In this document: positions 57,717 through 64,000 of the stretch, piece after piece | Numbering within the stretch: position 1 is the stretch's first letter | Layout: each line of letters opens with the position of its first letter | Source of the DNA: Fistulifera solaris | Taxonomy: Eukaryota | DNA length: 64,000 bases | NCBI GenBank assembly: GCA_030295235.1 | Contig: AP026124.1 | Location: forward strand, 1,736,001-1,800,000 | Direction: 5' to 3' | Translations under genes and position numbers: made by a program | Notes under the pieces: generated by a model | Told to the model about the DNA's origin: nothing | Databases searched by the model: none | Seen by the model: the letters and a program-made list of their open reading frames with translations, nothing else

Positions 57717-58563
57717 AATATAACTGTCAATCAAGATTTTGCATTTTTGCATTTGCATCATGATGTTGTGTGTTGTGTCGCGTGAAAAGTTCATTGACAC
57801 GTTTCATGACTCAAATGCAGTAGTGTCGAAAACAGCCAACAGTTTGTACATATAGTAAATACAGAAAGCAACAATTCACAAGTTTTATCGACATTACGAA
57901 TCGAAACATGTGATGGAGATGCTACCTCAATTATCAACGTTAGGAAAATCAGAGAATCTCGACAACTTAGCGGAACGGATAAAGGCCAGGTGGCAGTCTG
58001 GCTCGGAGGCTTGAGGATTCATGACTGAAATGCAGTCGTGGTACAGTGATCAAAACCAACGACAAAGATCTAAACCAATTTTCGACGTTTAGAAGCGATG
58101 TAAGCATTTCAGATGCTACTTAGGGTAATCGCATCGTAATTCAAACAAATGCAGCTTGCCATACTATCATAAATACATGCTTATGTAGCAGTCTGTCTCG
58201 AAAACTTCTGTCTCATTATTATTTGATGATGATTCGCGAGTGAACACCGTTTCGCAGTCACTACCAGTACTGTACCAGTAGCGACATTGGAGGAGGGAGC
58301 TTTCACAGATTAGCATGCCGGCGTGCAAGCGCGCACGTCCGCGAAGATTTCCCTCCGCGGCGATCGCCTCGCATTTCTGGCAGCAAAATGCATTGCTTCC
58401 GGTCAAAAACGAGCAACTGCGTTTCTTTTCAAAGTCCCTAAAGAAGATAATTGAACGATTCTTGAACGAATAAGGAACTTGAATTCTTCCAAAAAGAAGG
58501 TATTGAAGAAGTGGAATAAGCGTTTCGTTTACTGGAATAGAGCTGGCATTTCTTTTCGCGAAC

Positions 58564-61500
58564 ATGTCGACTCGACGCTCATCTCGATCGCGTCGTCAAG
58601 CGCACACTATCTACGACGATGCGAGAGCGCACCTCGAGAACTCTTCTGCTCGGTAAGTAAGCCTCTGATAACTGTAAGCGTTTCGCGTAATAGAGCAGCG
58701 TCTAATGAAGTCTGTATTTCTCCTTTGTAGGAAGAAGCAACGAACCATGGACGACGACTCGGAAATGGAAAGTCAACACGATGATCAGAGCCAGCGGGAA
58801 CCCGAGCTATCTGAAGATGAGCAGCAAAATGACGAATCGAAAGAAGGGGACACATCGGATACTGACGAGCCCTTTGAAAAGCCCACACGGAAGTCCCCCG
58901 CAAAAGCTCGAAATTCGACAACACGGCCGGTCCGAGTCACTCCCGCCAAACCATCCAAGCAAGGCAAGTCCAAGAAAGGAACTGTGCCTTCCCGCCGAAC
59001 CGTGCTTAACACAATGGCTGCAACGCGACGAAAAATTCTAAAAGAGAACGAAACGGCCGAAAACTCGATCCTAGCAGGACTCCTTGAAGCACAAGCATCA
59101 CCCTCCAAAGTGGCCCGACGTGTTGCACAGGAGTTTGCCGCGGATTCCTCGAAAGCAGTCGACGAACTCGCGCAGTTGATATTCCGATCGGTTGGTGGCG
59201 GCACAGAGATTCCTTTTACCGATTGGGAGCATTGTTCGGAAGACGACCTATCGCAACTACTCAGCGATGTCGTGAAAGGGATGGAAGCAACCCCTCCCGA
59301 TCAGGTCTTGTTGCATTTGACTTCGGCCGATACCAACAGTCGTGCGGCAGCGGTCAGTAAAGAATATCGAAAGCTCTATGAAGAGTTTTGGCGCCAATTG
59401 GCTTCTCTGGTTGTCATTGAAGGTCTCGGCGCCGATGACGGAGAAGAACCCAGCGGCGCCGAAGGCGTCAAAATTATAATGGAGCGATTGATGAACTTGG
59501 CCCATGTCGGTGTCACGGATATTCGTGCAGCTGCGACGTTGGCTCTCTATCAAATGGGTTTCGCGCTGGTCGAGCGATCGGTCGATCTCGGCAATAAATT
59601 GACAACGGCCCGGAGGCAGCTCGAAGCAGCCAGCAATCAAGCTCGGAAGAAAGCGGCCTTGACGACGCAAATCGAGTCGTACGAGCAAGAAAAGGAGCTT
59701 CTCGATGAGATGATTCAAGGCAATGTGATCAGTGCGGTCTTCATGAAGCGATACAAAGACATCAATCCTCATATCAGAGCCACTTCCATTGAACTACTTT
59801 CACAGTTCATGATCCTCAGTCCAAAAGTTTTTTTGAAGAATATTTTTCTCAAGTACATTGGTTGGTTGTTGAGCGATAAGAATGCCACTGTCCGTGACTG
59901 CGCTGTCCAATGCTTCAAAGCGCCCATTGTCTCTGATCTCGACAGCGACGACGTGAAACAGGCCATGGAAGGCGCTGTAACGAAGTTCTTGCCCCGTCTA
60001 TGCGACTGTGTTCTCGATGTGGACAGCAAAGTCCAGGAATCTACCATGGAGCTGTTCGTTATTCTGATGAAGAAAGGCTATCTCGACAGTCTCGACGACG
60101 ATGCAAAATGGGATCAGCTTAACCTCCGCGCGTTGGCCGCCGATGCTAGTCCCAAGGTACGATACCATGCCCTCATGTTCGTCATCGAGCAACTAGAACC
60201 CTTCGATAAGGCCAATTCACGCGATTCAGACCGTAGTGCTGTCGAGAAGATTAAAGCTTTGGTGCAATGGTAAGAATTCTCGTGCGCTGTTCTTATTATT
60301 GCCGTAATGGCTTTCTGATTAAATAGTCTCGTTTGACAGGATTGTTCATATGCTAGGTGATGGAGACATTCCTTTGAAACTCATTCGCTATGAGCTGGTA
60401 GACTTTTGTGTGATATCTTTGAGATCGTCCCCCGACTACAAGAGTTTGTTATGCAACTGGTCAGCGATGCTGAAAGTGTTAGAGACGGAGACAACGCGGG
60501 TGTTGCAAAGTTCTGAAGACATCGACGAACAGAGCGATCGACGTGAAGACTCGATAACGCAGCGAGTAATCCTACGCATGTTGGCGACGGCTATTGAAAT
60601 GGAAGTCTCATCCTATTCTTCTTCGGCCGGCAAACTCCTCGAAGGAACTATCGATGGGGATCTAGCCGCGGCTCGAAAAGCTTTACAGACAGACATCAAA
60701 GCGCCGACAAAAAAGAAGAACAATGACGAGTCCTCTTCGCACGAAGAACTGACATCGGAACTGCTTTTGGCTCTTCCAGAGCTGCTGATTGCTTACAAAG
60801 CAGATTCGAGTGTCGTTTCTGGGCTAGTCGCCTTGCCACAGTACTTTGGTAGGTTTCCTCGTTTGTTTATTTATTTCATTTTCCTTGGCTCACATTACTG
60901 CAGACCACGGTGCTTTCAATCTTTCCAGTCGTCGCAAACACTTTTTGAAGCTTGTCGATGTCATATCAGACATATTTTTGGAATCCACCGATACTTCTGT
61001 CCTGAGCAGCTGTGTCCTTACTCTAACAAGTCTTTGTTCCCAAGTACACTCCCGTTCTGAAGATGTTAGACTTCGCCTGAAGAGAGTCGCAAGATCTCTT
61101 CAAGATCGCTTGTTAGAGTTGCTTTTATTGAAAAGTAGTCTTGCGGGCAAGACTAAGAATAGGGACAAAAGGTCCACGGAATCGGCGGCAGACATTGAGC
61201 AATCTATCTGTCTTTGTCTTCGTCGGTTACAGACCTTGTCACAGCGATTATCTATAGTCGATCTTTTGGTTGACGAGAAGGGCGACCCGGAAGAGATGGA
61301 CAAGATAGCAGAAGATTTGTTCACACATGTTTCTGAATACGTCGCGAAAGAACTTCAATCGCGAAAGATAATTCCTGTAGAAAACGATGAAGGTGACGGA
61401 GTCAGCGAGGTGCCAAAGATCTGGGAGGAAGTAGACGACCACATACATCAAACAATCGCAAATAGTATCAGAGAAGCCATAACGTGTCTGCTGACTATTT

Positions 61501-63032
61501 TGGCATGGCGTCTTCAGAAGGAAATAGCTGCCAATGAAAATCAAGATGCCAGTCAGGATGACTACAGAGAACATATTGTGGTTCGGATGCGGGACCGTCT
61601 TCTAAAACTGCTTTCACTTTGTTTCGAGCAGTATCTCGACGCCGAGGAGAGCAATTACTCTAATGTTCACATTGAATTCTCCATTAAAGTTCAAACGGTT
61701 GCATGTCGCTTAGCCGGAGATGTTCGAGCACTTCTTCCCAAAGCATGGCAACGCACCTCGTCGCCTTTTCTTGCCGCTTGTGCCTTGATTGAAGACGACT
61801 CTTTGATTGGTGGTACAGTTCGATTCCTGCAGTCGCAAGAAGCCAAGGTAAGTCTCAATGTACGTCGTCTTTTTCCTTACACAAATTAACACGTTTGAAA
61901 AACACAGTCGCCCGATTCCACCAAGGGTTGCGATGTCCCGCATGACATTCTACTGTCTATGGCACGAGGATTGGCGGTAAACTGGAAGACGTGCAACCGT
62001 AGAGAAGCTGGTATGGTTTTCGCGCACTTGAACGACGAAAACAACGAGACGAAAAGTATCATATCCTCGTTGTCGTCCGTAGCAAAGACGGTGAGTTGAT
62101 TTATGAAAGTTAACTTTGTGGCGCAAACATATCCTTATCGATTTGTTTTCTTGTTTTAGATCGATCCTTATCGTTTGCTGGAAGCTCACTTGGCTTGTCT
62201 CACGCAATCGTTTGACGGCTGGCTCAGCGCGGAACCTGAAGAGCCTGAAAGCGATCGACCCTCGGAGGAAGAGATGGAATCATACGACGAGGCATGTGCG
62301 AGTCATCGAACAATGTTCAAGAATCTCGATGAATTATCGAGGCGTCTATCTGCATCGCTAGGCAAAGCAAAACTTAGCAAAACAATGATTTTAGCTTTAC
62401 GTGGTTTTTTCCGCGCGGGAGTCGAATACGCTTTCTTAGCCGAAGATCCTTTCAATGAGGGCGAAGAGGTCGTTGGAATGCGTCTTGCGTTTCTTCGAAT
62501 CATTGCAAAGTAAGTTTTGCATCTTGGATGTTCTCTCCTCCTTCTTTCTTGGCTCTCATCCTTTTTATATGCATCTTTCAGATATCTGAGCCACATCAAG
62601 GGTGACAGCGACGGGAAAAAGAGATTGCTCCATGACTTGAATGCTCGCGAGGAAGAACTACGTCAGCACCCTGACTTTGACCAGATATTGGACGAGGATC
62701 GCGAAGCGCTCTCCGCATTTCGAAAAGCAGCCGGATTCAAGTCCATTCGACTTGACACTCAGGATACTAAAGATGGAGAAAGTGACAGCGAACGTGACAC
62801 AATGGACGATCGCAGCGAAGAGAAGGAATTAGATTCACATGGTGCATCTCTTAGGAAGAGCGGCCAGGCTGCTGCGGACAGCCCCTTGTCGAAGCAATCC
62901 TTCCATAGTCAGTCATCTCGCTCTTATTCCATGCACGAAGAAGAGAGTGTAACTCAGCATGAGGAGTCGCTGACACCTCGTGGACTTCGACAAAGAGCCG
63001 CCACCGACGATTCGATGAGCGATTCACTTTAG
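58564..63032 (+). CDS. SCC3: Cohesin subunit SCC3/STAG (stromalin)
   Basis: DIRAAATL, VFMKRYKDINPHIRATSIE and LKYIGWLLSDKNATVR (stromalin conserved domain). Multi-exon: first intron 58653-58730, further introns near 60270, 60849, 61848, 62091 and 62510. Confidence 0.9.
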
Positions 63033-63100
63033 GCCCCAGCTTATGTCGATAGAAAGTCTTATTTTGGTATTGGAGTAGTTATCTGAACATTTTTATTAAT

Positions 63101-64000
63101 TTATTTCACGTAAACGTCCCAGCGACATACCGGTCCGTCCAAACCGTACATAGGATTTGGAAGTGCATAGGAATGAGCGGATGATGATTCTCGTCCAAGT
63201 TCAGGAGCATTCTTGGGACGTTTGACCACTACTCGCTGTCGAGTAGCTTCCAACGACAACAGCAGTAGCTCATGTTCCTGTTTCAAGCGCTCACCTAGTT
63301 CTACATCTTGACACCCCAGCAGCTTATGCAGTATTTGCATATTTTTCTTCACCGATGCGCTCTTCTTTCTTTAAAACCATTCCGAATGAGAGTACATCAC
63401 CCTTGCTGGAACATGACATTTCCGTTCACTTACCTCTCAGGAAACATTGGGTCGAGATATATTATCTCAGGACGGCTTTCGATATCAGCTGTCAACACTG
63501 CCTTGGCTACGTTGAGTCCATCATCGTGTATCAAGTGCAGCCTATTCGCCAAATCAAACGCTTCCCTACGAATTGAATCACGGATGCAACTTGCTTCCGA
63601 TAAAAGAACAAGGCGACGCAGAGCATCTTTCAATAAGCAGGCCACAATTGGATTGCGTTCCACCATATAGACTTGCCTTGCTCCGATTTTCGCCATCAAA
63701 AGAGAATCTTGTCCGAATCCGGCCGTCAAGTCATAAATCGTCACGTCTGACATACATCGATTCGGCAAACCAACGGCCTTGATCAGTAAGTCGCGCCCCG
63801 ATTCCCCCGAGGCTCGTTTCCCCAATCGACTTTTCACCGGGGGAAACAAATCGACAAAGAATGGATTCATGTTTATTTTTGGCTTGTTATTCTTTCCGTT
63901 ACGATCCAAGGTCGCGATAGCGAGAGCATAGTCTTGAAAGTGGTCGTACTGATACGGCACCCACGTCAAGAAGTGAGTGTAGACGCACTCATTTTGCGAC
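63101..64000 (-). CDS. rsmJ: RsmJ-like 16S rRNA m2G1516 methyltransferase (5' partial)
   Basis: DLLIKAVG, IYDLTAGFGQDS, VERNPIVACLLKDALRR, IYLDPMFPER|KKSASVKKNMQ (intron about 63369-63433), RVVVKRPKNAP and RWDVY. Confidence 0.85.

Noticed and set aside
1..64000. tRNA or rRNA genes
   Set aside because: I saw no cloverleaf or rRNA-like segment by eye. tRNAscan-SE or Infernal would be needed to exclude them.

Overview
Gene-dense eukaryotic nuclear DNA, most likely from a pennate diatom (short GT-AG introns, bipartite plastid presequences, a CPF1-type cryptochrome/photolyase). About 30 protein-coding genes can be supported, including LYAR, a TrhO/TSTD2-RRM fusion, two tandem bZIP factors, a UBC7-type E2, eIF5, VPS13, LOG, an MRP/ABCC transporter, alanine racemase, PSMD5, CPF1, an NDR kinase, PPIL3, a GARP-type Myb, a flavin disulfide reductase, an inositol dehydrogenase, cohesin SCC3/STAG and RsmJ. 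Many genes are broken by single-base indels in homopolymers, which look like long-read assembly errors rather than pseudogenes. The best lead is an intronless, strongly codon-biased ABCC transporter (31579-35448) resembling, from memory, the Chlamydomonas low-CO2 bicarbonate transporter HLA3. Its promoter is packed with TGACGT/ACGTCA elements (the diatom CCRE motif) and carries a duplicated enhancer-like block, and the two bZIP genes about 20 kb away have the same elements upstream. Together these suggest a CO2-responsive bZIP-HLA3-like module. A second lead is a possible ACG-initiated plastid-targeting extension on CPF1. All family assignments come from motif recognition; no database searches were run.
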